NCBI GenBank assembly: GCA_032718475.1 | Contig: JAUCBJ010008643.1 | Coordinates: 1-59,407, forward strand | Direction of reading: 5' to 3' | Length of the DNA stretch: 59,407 nt | Source: Nemertoderma westbladi | Taxonomy: Eukaryota > Animalia > Xenacoelomorpha | Shown here: one piece after another, positions 26,001 through 39,023 of the stretch | Numbering within the stretch: the stretch's first letter is position 1 | Layout: each line of letters begins with the position of its first letter | Program-made: the position numbers and the translations under genes | The notes under the pieces: model-generated | The model's database searches: none | What the model was told of the DNA's origin: nothing | What the model saw: only the letters and a program-made list of their open reading frames with translations

Positions 26001-27079
26001 AAGACGAACCAATATGCTTAGAATCTGAGGAGATTCAGCCTACAGCGCCCCGGAGCAGCGATAACGACTACGTCTTGGAATGGTATCAAGGTCCACAATG
26101 TCTCACCGCATACGATTATCGGCACGCCAACTATGTTTCTCGAAAACGTTGCCGATTATGCGCATCGAGAGATCATTTCACCCCTATGGACTCAGACGTA
26201 CCCTGCTCCTATTTCCATGAACAACCGATGATGGAGATCTATTGTGCGTATTGCAGACTCAATAACTCGCACATTTTTGCAGTCTGCCCACAATTTATGA
26301 CTCAATGCCACCACTGTCAACTTAAAGGACATGCCAGTTTTAATTGCCCTTTTAACCGCGATCGGGAAAGCATAGATGAGATGATTACCCTGCGTTACAT
26401 CCGAGCTTGGGAAGCGAACGCGGATTTGCATTGTGAGTCACGCCATCGCTATTACCCTGGACGCGCCTACGAGGGAGTTTACGCGTTCCATCCTTATCTA
26501 TTCGCGTCTGTTGAACAAAAAACACGCACACTGAGTTACGAACTAATGAAGCATGTTGGTGAGTGTATTTCCACCAAATTTGTTCGAAAATATCTCAGGA
26601 ACGTCAATCCTAACGATATTAATTCATACCATTTGATCAATTTCATCCGTCAAGACCCTGAGTATGGCGATTTATTTATCAACTCGCACCCTGAGTTACA
26701 GGAAGTATCTCGACGGCCCTACGAATATCGAGCCCGAGAACGCGAGCTGGAAAGAACCATTAAACCGAGGAAGTTTCTCACCACTCACGGTCCACCTACC
26801 GCTATTGTCCAGACGACTCGTCAGGGACCAGTAGGAGCTGCTGTCCTAAGACGCGCCGTAAAGGCCGTTAGACCTCGCTCCACTGAAGTTGATATCGATC
26901 AACCAGGTACCTCGACCGGCGGATACACCGATCGTAATCCTAAACCTTCTGATGCAATTGTATTGCACCCTTCACCCAGGAGTTATAGCCCTCCTAGTAA
27001 AGTGGCTCGCCCCAAAGAGAAAAGGACTCTTGCTAGCCTCAAAAAACTGCGTAAACGCCGTCCGCGTAAGAAAGACTAA
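23041..27079 (+). pseudogene. Extra 3' ORF of element B, ~1345 codons, unknown zinc-knuckle protein (2 TGA stops, 1 frameshift)
   Basis: ORFs 23041..23574, 23656..25035 and 25081.. share a frame with open gaps between them. A +1 shift, probably at the A5 run near 25255, leads into 25085..27079. It contains CRLCASRDH, CAYCRLNNSHIFAVC and CHHCQLKGHASFNC, and ends KKLRKRRPRKKD. Confidence 0.85.
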
Positions 27080-27157
27080 CTGTTTAGAGTATTTTTATAT
27101 TTTAGAAACTGTGATTTTTTATATTTTATAGAATTAAATCCTATTTTCTGGGAGCGG

Positions 27158-28333
27158 TGTAAAGGCTTTTGTGGAATTAGCTGGTTATTTTCCCCGCAAA
27201 GTACTCTGTAGTTGTTTAAACGGAGATAAAAAGCCGTTTCCTTACTGTACCGGTGTTTTAGTGGACATAAAAAGCCATTTCTTCTGTATGTGTACTTTAG
27301 CGGACATAACTAGCGATTTTATGTCGCAATAAGCCAAATACTCTAAACATCGGAACTCAGATGACGACATCTATCAGCTGTGTCCACGTGTAACTTTTTC
27401 TTTGTTCTTTGTTCGTTCTTTGTTCGGTCGACCAATCAGAGTGGTTTTCACTCTGTGTTGGAGATTGTATACAGAAACTCACGCAATTCAGTCAGGGTGT
27501 GTATTTTTTCCTGATGCCAGAACACCGGCTTTGGAATTTCTGTGTTTCAGGCTTTAGCAAAACATTAGTAGGCTTGATCATAGAAACGTATAACTGTTAT
27601 CTAATCATATCTCAAACCAAAACATATTGTTACAAATCATATTGTCACCTACAAACACCGCATTTTTACTGCTATTTATTGTCGGTTATTAATTATATCA
27701 GTTGATGGAATATTATTATATTTGGATAACATCGATAAATAATCATAAAACCCCAATCTTGATATACTGAAGGTAAGAGACAGGTTACATATAGCAATTG
27801 CGACTTACATTATATTGGTTTTGGAGTGAATCTAATGCTATTTCATAGGCACTACATGTGTCAGTTGCTGTTCTCTTTATATGTGACTAAAATTAGTGAA
27901 GGTCGGCAGATCGGTGTGCAGCATTGTGCGGTAGTGTGCATGAGTTTGATAGATAACAAAGCATCTCCTAAAGAATGCGCTTTATACGTGAATCAATAGC
28001 CATCCTGTTGTGCTTAGTGTAAGTCATAACTCTGTTTACATACTTAGAGCACCACGTCCTAAAGGAACTGTTGATATTTCCCGAAAGTGAATAATATTTG
28101 TCAGAGATTATATATTAACGATCAATCGAATAATACAGTAGGCCTACATCGCAATAAGGTCAGAGCTTCCGAATCCAGTCTCCCGGGTATATCCAGCGGG
28201 TGAATGGTCGCGCATAGACTGGCTTCGGCTAATGTAGTGTATCAAATACTCGTCATAGGCTAAAGTCGATTTATAATCTAGAAGACACCTAAATTTGGCA
28301 GGTTAAACTGCTAAAGGTTTGAAAGCGCGAACA
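27158..28333 (+). repeat. 3' LTR of element B
   Basis: TG...CA termini, preceded by purine-rich GGGAGCGG (short PPT). Confidence 0.95.
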
Positions 28334-28443
28334 GAAATACAACATTTATAGTAGAGTCAATAGGAATTGGAATACAGGAAGGATGGTGAGATGTGGGATT
28401 TAAAGAATGCTGTCTGGGCTGGAATAGCAATACTGGTTGCCTA
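28334..28443. repeat. Left arm (part 2) of the inverted-repeat element
   Basis: TAGAGTCAATAGGAATTGGAATACAGG...ATAGCAATACTGGTTGCC matches the reverse complement of ~29055..29140. Confidence 0.75.
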
Positions 28444-29054
28444 TTACAATTCCTCTCTGGTTAGTCTACAGCCACAACTCCCAGCAAGCTAGCTCCACAC
28501 CAGCAGAGACTTGACCAATAATCATTCCCAGCAACTCGCTGCCTTACACATACATCCTTCCATCTATGTACCAGCATGTTGGCCAATAAATGAGCAGTAT
28601 TTAATGAGAATCAATTTTTTATGCCGTTTTAATTACTTTAGATCAATTAAAGACACAATTATTAAAGCAAATCACTTGAACTAATTAAAAACTATAATAG
28701 AATGGAGTATGTGGATTACATCTGTATAATTTTTAAGTATAATTATTGAAGTCTTATACTGTAAAACAATTAATTTCCTTTAACAGGCAGGTTGAAAGTG
28801 CTGTTTTTACCGTAATCAATTTAATTAACTAATTAACTGCTATTATCTTGGCTTCTCGAAGGCCACACGAAAATTAAACTTGGAAAATTTCTAAACTTTT
28901 GCCAAACAACATGTGTACCAAGTTTGGATAGATTTCATCGAAGATTGGCCGAGTTATTAACGTTTAAAATTGAACAAGAACGACAGAACGACAGAACGAC
29001 AGGTTGATTAATGGTACCACTACGCTAAGGCTCACTCACTTCGTGGCTCGCCCC

Positions 29055-29579
29055 ACAGGCAGCCAGTAGTATTGCTATAGCAACACAGACATAACTCCAA
29101 CCATACACTGCCTGTATTTCAATTCGTATTGACTCTATATTACTTACTATCTCAGGTTACAGAAGATATAATGACTGTTGTAGGCTTATATCTGAAATAG
29201 TTTATTCCGCAATATATTCGTCCGGTTATTTTTTAATTGAATTTTGGCAAAGTAGTAAAATTAATGTTCTTAAAAATAATATTATTATTTCATATGTAAC
29301 CTAGAAAATTATCTACATTTTTTCGCTGCAGCTTTAAGAGTGTACATTGATTTAATATTATTTCAATACCCATATTACTACATCGGCATAAGATGCGTTG
29401 GCGTTGTATCACACATCTCCACATAGATGATCAGCAGTTACTCGCACAGTTTCGAAACTTCGCATAGTTATAACTGTATAAAGATCGTCAGTCTGCGTTT
29501 AGGAAAAATATTTTATGACAACACAGGACGAGCGACGAGCGCAACGAGGCATATAATAAAGACGAGTACTGCGTAGACT
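29055..29579. repeat. Right arm of the inverted-repeat element
   Basis: Reverse complement of 11896..12365 plus 28334..28443. Confidence 0.85.
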
Positions 29580-29949
29580 ATATTCCTATTAACCATACCT
29601 GGCTTCGCCTATTGAAGGCATCGGTAGTTATAAAGATCGTCCGTCAGTCTGCGTTTAGGAAATATGTTTAAATACAAAACAGGACGAGCACAACGACGTT
29701 TATAATAATGAATACGAGTACTGCCTACTGCGTTGATTATATTCCTATAAACCATACCTGGCTTCGCCTATTGAAGGCATCGATAGTTATAAAGTACTGG
29801 TGGGAGGGAAGGGTGGGGGGGGGGGTGCAGATTAAAAGGGGTGAACACGTACTGTCCCCCTTTGTTTTATTGATTGGTGATGTGGGTAAATTTCTCAAAA
29901 CCTGATTTTGTGATACAGTCGCTCAATTTTAATCTGTATCTGATAACTG

Positions 29950-30365
29950 AGCCTCTGGATGGCACATTCACAAGAATGCTACGCCGGGTTCATTATGTCA
30001 AGTACAATGCACACATCTCCAACCAGACACTATATAACATTGGAGGTGTCTCATTGGTTCCCCCAAGCTTGACACTAGAACAAAATCGCCTCCGCTTTGC
30101 AGGACATTGCTTTCGCCGTGAGGACCAACCAGTGCATAATCTTGTACTTTGGCAGCCTCATGGAGCGAATAAGCATGGTGGACAGCCCATAACTTTCTTG
30201 AGACGCATCTTAAAGGACACTGGTATTGAAGATGCGGATAATCTAGCAAATGTCATAGGTGATAGGAAGTTGTGGCGGTCCAATTTTGTCAATAAGCCGG
30301 CACAGCATTCTTAAAAATGCAGCTGCAATGCAGCATGCCGATCCTAGCAGTAGTAGTAGTAGTAG
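29950..30365 (+). mobile_element. 5'-truncated non-LTR retrotransposon (RTE-like) 3' end, copy 1
   Basis: LDGTFTRMLRR...RLRFAGHCFRR...LWR, followed by a (TAG)n tail. Confidence 0.8.
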
Positions 30366-30379
30366 GGATCATGGTTCCG

Positions 30380-30960
30380 GAAGTCAGGTGAGGACCTTCG
30401 AATACGTAAGGGAAAGGCATGGGCAGCCTTGAATAGGCTTTCCAGGATTTGGAAGTCACCGAGAATTAATCGGAAACTTAAGGTCCGATTATTTAGAGCA
30501 GCAGTAGTTCCAGTACTCCTCTATGGGAGTCCATGCTGGGCTCTAACTGCTGAGGACACCAAATCTCTGGATGGCACATTGAATGCTACACCGGGTTCAT
30601 TGTGTCAAGTACAATGCACACATCTCCAACCACACACTATATAACATTGGAGGTGTCTCATTGGTTCCCCCAAGCTTGACACTAGAACAAAATCGCCTCC
30701 GCTTTGTAGGACATTGCTTTCGCCGTGAGGACCAGCCAGTGCATAATCTTGTACTCTGGCAGCCTCGGAGTGAATACGCATGGTGGACAGCCCATGACTT
30801 TCGTGAGACACTTCCTAAACGACACTGGCCTTGAAGATGCGGATGATCTAGCAAATGTCATGGGTGATAGGGAGTTGTGGCGGTGCAAGTTTGTCGAAAA
30901 GCCTGCACAGCATTCTTAAAAATGCAGCTGCAATGCAGCATGTCGATCCTAGTAGTAGTA
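30380..30960 (+). mobile_element. 5'-truncated non-LTR retrotransposon (RTE-like) 3' end, copy 2, frameshifted
   Basis: IWKS...KVRLFRAAVVPVLLYGSPCWALT, then the same C-terminus and (TAG)n tail as copy 1. Confidence 0.8.
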
Positions 30961-31327
30961 TGTATATTAATAATGCTGAACACAGAATACAGGTCGACCG
31001 ACGCATGTCGATTTTACCCTGGAGAGGTACAATTTTGATTGCAACAGTAATATTCATCTCCATCTGCTACAATTTGGAGAAGACTATTACATAATAATAC
31101 CTATAATTAAAACAATTAATTATTATAAATCTATAGTTAATAAAAACAGTATATCATTCGAGGGATGGAATTTATAGGTCATCTAATTAATTGTTTAAAG
31201 ATTAGCAAACAATACGATGTAATTGCATTGATAAAACCCATAAATAAAACTTGGATATAAAATGTAAAATCGGGATTTACCGTTTACCTTACAAAATGAA
31301 AAATAAGAATGTGCGAAGTTAAGAACA

Positions 31328-31436
31328 GTCGGGGGGGAAGTGTCCGGGGGGGAAGTGTCTGGGGGGGAAGTGTCCTACTTGAGAGGGGGGGGGGGGGGGA
31401 ACTGTCCGGGGGGGAAGTGTCCGGGGGGAAGTGTCT
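31328..31436 (+). repeat. G-rich minisatellite (GTCCGGGGGGGAAGT-like)
   Basis: Repeated G6-G15 runs with short linkers. Confidence 0.85.
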
Positions 31437-32240
31437 GAACACCCTGTTAAACGTTTAAGTTAGTTAATTGTTCTCTGCCAAACTTCGATTTGACAGAGAT
31501 ATGTACTTATATTTAGTACACCGCCTACTATAACCAGCTCCATTGATGAAGTTATATTTATAGAATAGAACTAAAAAATTAACATTTAAAAATAAAATAT
31601 CAAATTAAATTTAATTTAAATAGATAAATTAATTAATTAAAACCAAGTAGTAATGTATAATGGTGGCGGGGCTTAAATCTTCCTGCGTAAAACCACATAA
31701 TAACACACACTACTGGTGGCTCTGTTATGTTCGTGCGTAAAACCAAGTAGTAACACTGGTGGTGGGGCTAAATGCTCCTGCATAAATCCAGAGTGTGAGT
31801 ATTTATTGGGGAGGACAGGGCTGCTATGAGGGGAGGAAGAGGCAGCATTTTTTATATCAATATATTATTTCAACTAATTTATCAAAATTTATTTGTGCAG
31901 CACATGTTTGTCCAGCCTAAATACAGTATATAAACCCGACAGCCCATTTCAACCGAAATGGTTAAGCGCTATGTCGATGGTAAATAAATCCCGACAACCC
32001 ATGGTTCGTCGATGGTGAATAAATCCCGACAAATCATTGCTCAATGATCCGCGTGATCCGCGCTTTGTCGATGGTAACTAAATCATGTGAGGCCTGATTA
32101 AATTAATATTAAAAAATTATATTAATATAAAAAATAATTATATTAATATAATAATATAAATAATAATATAATATATAATATAAATAATAATATAATATAT
32201 AATATAAATAATAATATAATATATAATAATAATATAATCA

Positions 32241-34595
32241 TATATGTTGGGGCGCCAACAAGCTCAAAGATGTATATGTTGGGGGGCCTATTACAAGCCC
32301 GAAGATGTATATGTTGGGGCGCCTACAAGCCCGAAGATGTATATGTTGGGGCGCCTACAAGCCCGAAGATGTATATGTTGGGGCGCCTATACAAGCCCGA
32401 AGATGTATATGTTGGGTCGCCTACAAGCCCGAAGATGTATATGTTGGGGCGCCTATACAAGCCCGAAGATGTATATGGTGGGGCGCCTACAAGCCCAAAG
32501 ATGTATATGTTGGGGCGGCTACAAGCTCGAAGATGTATATGTTGGGGCGCCTATGTAAGCCCAAAGATGTATATGTTGGGGCGCCTATACAAGCCCGAAG
32601 ATGTATATGTTGGGGCGCCTATACAAGCCCGAAGATGTATATGTTGGGTCGCCTACAAGCCCGAAGATGTATATGTTGGGTCGCCTACAAGCCCGAAGAT
32701 GTATATGTTGGGGCGCCTATACAAGCCCGAAGATGTATATGGTGGGGCGCCTACAAGCCCAAAGATGTATATGTTGGGGCGGCTACAAGCTCGAAGATGT
32801 ATATGTTGGGGCGCATATGTAAGCCCAAAGATGTATATGTTGGGGCGCCTATACAAGCCCGAAGATGTATATGGTGGGGCGCCTACAAGCCCAAAGATGT
32901 ATATGTTGGGGCGCCTATACAAGCCCGAAGATGTATATGTTGGGGCGCCTACAAGCCCGAAGATGTATATGTTGGGGCGGCTATGTAAGCCCGAAGATGT
33001 ATATGTTGGGGCGCCTATACAAGCCCAAAGATGTATATGTTGGGGCGCCTACAAGCCCGAGATGTATATGTTGGAGCGCATATACAAGCTCGAAGATGTA
33101 TATGTTGGGGCGCCTACAAGCCCAAAGATGTATATGTTGGGGTGCCTATACAAGCCCGAAGATGTATATGTTGGGGCGCCTACAAGCCCGAGGATGTATA
33201 TGTTGGGGCGCCTATAAGCCCGAAGATGTATATGTTGGGGCGCCTATACAAGCCCGAAGATGTATATGTTGGGGCGCCTACATGCCCGAAGATGTATATG
33301 TTGGGGCGGCTACAAGCTCGAAGATGTATATGTTGGGGCGGCTACAAGCTCAAAGATGTATATGTTGGGGCGCCTATGTAAGCCCGAAGATGTATATGTT
33401 GGGGCGGCTATAAGCCCGAAGATGTATATGTTGGGGCGCCTACAAGCCCGAAGATTTATATGTTGGGGCGCCTACAAGCCCGAAGATGTATATGTTGGGG
33501 CGCCTACAAGCCCGAAGATGTATATGTTGGGGCGCCTATACAAGCCCGAAGATGTATATGTTGGGGCGCCTATACAAGCCCGAAGATGTATATGTTGGGG
33601 CGCCTACAAGCCTGAAGATGTATATGTTGGGGCGCCTACAAGCCCGAAGATGTATATGTTGGGGCACCTATACAAGCCCGAAGATGTATATGTTGGGGTG
33701 CCTATACAAGCCCGAAGATGTATATGTTGGGGCGCCTACAAGCCCGAAGATGTATATGTTGGGGCGCCTATACAAGCCCGAAGATGTATATGTTGGGGCG
33801 CCTATACAAGCCCGAAGATGTATATGTTGGGGCGCCTATACAAGCCCGAAGATGTATATGTTGGGGCGCCTATACAAGCCCGAAGATGTATATGTTGGGG
33901 CACCTACAAGCCCGAAGATGTATATGTTGGGGCGCCTATACAAGCCCGAAGATGTATATGTTGGGGCGCCTATACATGCCCAAAGATGTATATGTTGGGG
34001 CGGCTACAAGCCCAAAGATGTATATGTTGGGGCGCCTATACAAGCCCAATGATGTATATGTTGGGGCGCCTATACATACAAGCCCGAAGATGTATATGTT
34101 GGGGCACCTATACAAGCCCGAAGATGTATATGTTGGGGCGCATATACAAGCCCGAAGGTGTATATGTTGGGGCGGCTACAAGCCCAAAGAAGTATATGTT
34201 GGGGCGCCTATACAAGCCCGAAGATGTATATGTTGGGGCGCCTATACAAGCCCGAAGATGTATATGTTGGGGCGCCTATACAAGCCCAAAGGTGTATATG
34301 TTGAGGCACATATACAAGCCCGAAGATGTATATGTTGGGGCGGCTACACGCCCGAAGATGTATATGTTGGGGCGCCTATACAAGCCCGAAGATGTATATG
34401 TTGGGGCGCCTATACAAGCCCGAAGATGTATATGTTGGGGCGCCTACAAGCCCGAAGATGTATATGTTGGGGCGCCTACAAGCCCGAAGATGTATATGTT
34501 GGGGCGCCTACAAGCCCGAAGATGTATATGTTGGGGCGGCTATTTAAGCCTGAAGATGTACAGTATAAGTTGGGTTGGGGCGCCTACAAGCCCGA
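32241..34595. repeat. 32/34-bp satellite GAAGATGTATATGTTGGGGCGCCT(AT)ACAAGCCC
   Basis: Roughly 70 tandem units flanked by AT-rich low-complexity DNA. Confidence 0.97.
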
Positions 34596-37425
34596 ATGAT
34601 AATGGGACGTTTTGGCGTATTAATCTCACTGCTAATTGAGTATACATACATTTATATATATATATATATTAATTATATAAAATATTTATAACAATATATA
34701 TATTTATATTATGTAAAATATAATTAAATAATCAATATTTTAAATTATTTATTATTAAATTATTATTATTAGATTGACTTTTAATTATAATTCCAATTTC
34801 TTTTTATTTTTAGTTAACGAATTGGTTTTCACGAACCGAAGGAATCCGTCAGAAATAAATATTAGTGGCTCTCATCTCATCAACAACAGGCATTTGGCAC
34901 AAGTGGCAGCTCCAGCTTTCACACAGAAAATATAAATTTGGATCGCTGATTTGCTGAATTGCGGATTGCAGTTTTTAGGTTTTATTATGAATCATTATTT
35001 GAAACTCATTTAAAAGGAACCACTCAAATTAACATTTGAGCCTATATGATAACAAACGATCTTGTGTTACGACATAATAACTACTGTAAAAATCTGATTC
35101 TACTTTATACAACAGTTGAAGCAATACACTCCCTTCGTTGGATACTTACCATCGAACTTCTTATTTTTTCTTATTATTTTTTATCATGAACTGTCGGGGT
35201 GCTGTAAATTGTTAAATATAGTATCCCAAACTATGGCAAGAATTAGTACCAGTACAACTAACAGGGGTGGATGCAGGGAACCGTCGCCTATGGAATGGAG
35301 GGGGGGGGGGGGGACGAATAAGCGGTTGGGAAAGAAGCATGTGGGAGGAGAGGGGAGGAGTGAAGTACAAAATGTACTGGACAGAAGTGAGTGCTATCAC
35401 ACTCAAAGAGTGGGGAGCAGCACCCAACTTCGAAACCACCAGCACGTTTGCTGTAGCGAACTTTATTTTCGAAGCCATCGAACTCGGAATAGACATTGAT
35501 TTAAAGTTTATCGGGTTTGTCTCGTACTCAACTCCATGCGATACCTGATACCTCGGCAGCGGTATTAATACCAAGCGAGCTGGTTGTGTGAAGCATATGT
35601 CTATGAGTTCGCTATATTAATATAAATTTGTAGAAATTATTAAGGTAGATTGAACAGTCTTAGTGACTTCCGATTTAGATTTTTAGATCTACTACCTGTG
35701 TTAATAAAGTTAGCAAAATCGTAAGAAACAGACTAAATCAACTCAGATTAATTTATTAAACTCAAGCGCTGAAATAAATTTTCACGGCTGATACGTGACA
35801 GCAAGCATAACCGATTCCCAATTAAAAGACAAATTTATCATAGTTTTAAAAATGCGTACATGAAATTAATATCATATATGTTTCGAAAATTCAGTGTAAA
35901 AAACTGGAACTATTGTTGAATTTTCATAAGTAAAAATAAACGATTGATCATTGGATCCCACCCAATAATATGTGAAATATTTTATTAACATTATAAATAA
36001 TTTAAATTCATTAATCCTTAAAGGTAAATGTGAAAAAAAAAGCAGCGCCGATACTGTCTATCAAGATAAAGCACCTGTAACTGTTTTCCTTAGTATAACT
36101 TACTTTGTATTACTATTGCATACTGTAGCTACACGTGAAATAAATATAATGTTCCAGAATTTTGGGTATTTATTAAATAGAATAAAATAGCCTCACGCAG
36201 ATGTAAAACCAAGCAAATTTCAAACGCTCATATCTCAGCTATTTTACGACGAAATTCAGATTGTGTTTCATATTTGGAATCCTTGCATGGACAGCTTTCT
36301 AACAATACCAACAAATCAATATAAGGTTGAAGAATAACTGTGGTGTAACTGGTGCAATATCGACGGAGACACCTTTTTCAAACGCTTGAAGCTAAAGACT
36401 GAAAGCGAAAATAAAAATTCTGGCTCACCCAGCAAAGAGGAGGGAGGTGAAATTATCTCTGTTTCACATTTCATGCAATCTCATTAAGATTTGTAGAAAA
36501 ATTTGGGGGGGGGGGGGGGGGCAGGTACCTGAATAACGACACTATATTCCAGGACACAGGACATGGTGTACTGCAATACTGCAATAGGCTTCAGGAATAC
36601 AGGAATAGCCTCCCACAGCCTGGCAGACCTATATGGAATACTGACAAAAAGCGCGCCACACGCATTCTGGTTAAACGAAAATCGCGCCAGCCATGATATC
36701 TAATGCGCGCCAAGCCAACAGTTGACTATGAAATTTTGCAGTAATTCTGTAATTGCTTAATTGTAATAATTTATCAGTTTATAATGCTGTAGCCCTACAG
36801 TATTTTAACATTAAAATGCGAGCGTAGCGAGCAAGGAAATTTTACAATTATGTTAACATATATACAGTCTGACAGTAATAGTCAGATAGTGCTGTAGTTG
36901 TAGTAGTAGTAGGTCAACGTCAACTGACTGTTTTTAAATGCAGATGTGATCAAGATGCGAGCGTAGCGAGCACGAAAATTTTAACATTTCAGCATTTACT
37001 GATTTAAAGTAGGCAAACCGACTGTTTTCAAATAGGGTACAGAAATGCAGATGTCTTTAAATTGCGAGCTGGCGAGCGTAACGAGCATGGGAATTCTGCT
37101 GAATCATGCAGGCTGTCATGGTCTTATTGGTTTGAAGAATCTGACAATTGAAAAACTTTTGAAACAAGTCATGTTTTTAATGGTCATGCGCAATCTGTCC
37201 GTTTCCATTTGTCCACAGCCAGACAGTGCTAAGAGTAGGCTGGTAGGCTTACAGTATAAACGCGAGAGAAGCGAGCGGACTTTTTCAATCTTTTTAAACC
37301 TATGGAATAATTTCAAATAGACCTGTCACCTATCTGCCTATAGAGTGGGATGTGTTGCCAGTGCACTGCTACGCTACCTCCTACTGTACTGTCCTAACCT
37401 AACGCTACATCCACACTGCCATATT

Positions 37426-37590
37426 CGCGCCAGGACCGCCAGGATCCTCAATGCGCGCCACACGCCCCTGTCACTACGCGCCAGGATCCTTAATCCGCGC
37501 CACACGCCCCTGTCACTACGCGCCAGGATCCTTAATCCGCGCAACACGCCCCTGTCACTACGCGCCAGGATCCTTAATCCGCGCCACACA
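37426..37590. repeat. 42-bp GC-rich tandem repeat upstream of TSC1
   Basis: CGCGCCAGGATCCTTAATCCGCGCCACACGCCCCTGTCACTA, about 3.5 copies. Confidence 0.9.
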
Positions 37591-37941
37591 TGTTGAGCAA
37601 ACTCTACATAAATTCCAACCTGGGGCAGCCACACTGCAGCACTGCGGTAAGATGTAAGACTGTAAGACAGTTCAGCAGTTAGTAGGACCAGGACAGTACC
37701 GTAGGTAAGCTGGTAGGAGGCCTATCCAGCTATCTGCCCTGCCTATCAACAACGCGCCGGCCTAGTCAAGGACTACAGCAGTACTGGCTCCTGCATAAAC
37801 AGAGACAGACTGACAGAGAGTGGAGAGATCAGACAGGGCAGCAGGGATAGCTCTGTCTGTCTGTTCTGTAGCTGGATCTGGGATCCTGACAGATCGGTCA
37901 GACAGTAGAATCAAGATCAAAAAGAACTGAAGGACTGAAGG

Positions 37942-38044
37942 ATGTCTTCGCAAAGTGAAAAGTTGCTTGTAGATTTCCTGGAGTCAAATGAACCTCAGTT
38001 GGTTAGAGAAATTAAGCGAATGCTTATAGAGAATATTCATTCTG
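37942..38044 (+). CDS. TSC1: Hamartin coding exon 1
   Basis: MSSQSEKLLVDFLESNEPQLVREIKRMLIENIHS resembles the hamartin N-terminus. GT donor, phase 1. Confidence 0.8.
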
Positions 38045-38660
38045 GTTGTACATCAACTGGCAGAGAACCAGGTTAGTCCAGTACTGCAGTACCGCTATCG
38101 GTAGTCCAGTAGTCAGTTCAGACAGCAGTTACCGGTACTGTGGTAGTCCGGTATTTCAGTAGTTTACCCTTTCTGTCGCACTCGACAGCTCGACATATCG
38201 GGAGATACGGTAGGGGCCTATTTCAGCGCCATACCTTAAACCTTACCCAAGTCCAGAAGTCAGAAAGGCACCGGTAGCAGCAGAGCAGGGTAGGCGGGTT
38301 GGGTAGACTGGTAGAAGACCTACCGCCACCGCTACCAGCCAGCCACTCTGCCAGCCTACTGCACTGCTGCACAGCGCTGTGCTGCCTACCGGACAGCCGG
38401 ATGCTGGGATATTTGAATGTCCAGCAGAAGCAGTCCAGTCCATCTCCATGCAGCCATGTCTTGTCCTGTTGTCTCAGTCCAGCAGTCTCAAGCTGTCAAG
38501 GCAGCAAGGGTAGGCCTACTGGCCTAGCGGCTTGCAGAGTATCAGACAGTCAGAGCTTAGACAGTTAGAGTCTCGGCCACGTGTAACGACAGTCCATCCT
38601 CAGGAAATATTGTGTTGTAAGTCTGTACACTGTAAGTGTAACGTACCCAGTGTCAGCAGT

Positions 38661-39023
38661 CAGAGTGTACAATTCTGAGAAGACTCCCCCCCGCCCCCCA
38701 GTCATCTCCCAGTCTCATCTCAGCCCAGGCTGAGAACACTCCCCTTACCTTAGGCTGAGATGACTCCCTTTGCCCTTAGGCCGAGTCTGAGATGACTCCC
38801 CTAAGTGTTATTTTCGTATAGGCCTATTACAAAAATAAAACTGTATCCTATGTTTATTGAGTTATCGTTTATTGTTTTGGTTAGAAAAGCCCACCACTGT
38901 AACCTGCTCCTTTCCGTTAATTAAGAAATTTAGAGAGAAAACTGAAAGTGTTCTCAGCCTAGGCTGAGAAGACTGAGGAGTCAAATTTGGCGGGGAGTTA
39001 TATCAGCCTGTTACACCGGTCTG
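38661..39023. mobile_element. Degenerate MITE-like inverted-repeat element in TSC1 intron 1
   Basis: Inverted CTCAGCC(C/T)AGGCTGAGAACAC subrepeats and imperfect terminal inverted repeats. Confidence 0.5.

Larger units (their letters stand above)
12366..28333 (+). mobile_element. BEL/Pao-derived LTR element B: non-autonomous, with an extra 3' ORF
   Basis: Termini are TGTAAAGG...GCGAACA, flanked by GCAAT/GAAAT (imperfect 5-bp TSD). It has two 1176-bp LTRs, and the interrupted inverted-repeat arm resumes at 28334. Confidence 0.92.

Noticed and set aside
23041-27079. Extra ORF as a retroviral-type env
   Set aside because: No signal peptide, hydrophobic fusion segment or C-terminal transmembrane anchor is visible. 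It has zinc knuckles and a basic tail instead.
28760-29054. Possible Helitron/Helentron-like end with a (GACAGAAC)n microsatellite; similar hints at 58380-59010
   Set aside because: The termini could not be defined by eye; a repeat-library search is needed.
32241-34639. Long overlapping ORFs or a CRISPR-like appearance in the 32/34-bp array
   Set aside because: The units are contiguous with no unique spacers, there are no cas genes, and the context is eukaryotic. The ORFs are repeat translations open in several frames.
35116-35574. Short ORFs or possible exons upstream of TSC1
   Set aside because: There is no recognisable homology or consistent splice chain, so a call cannot be supported.
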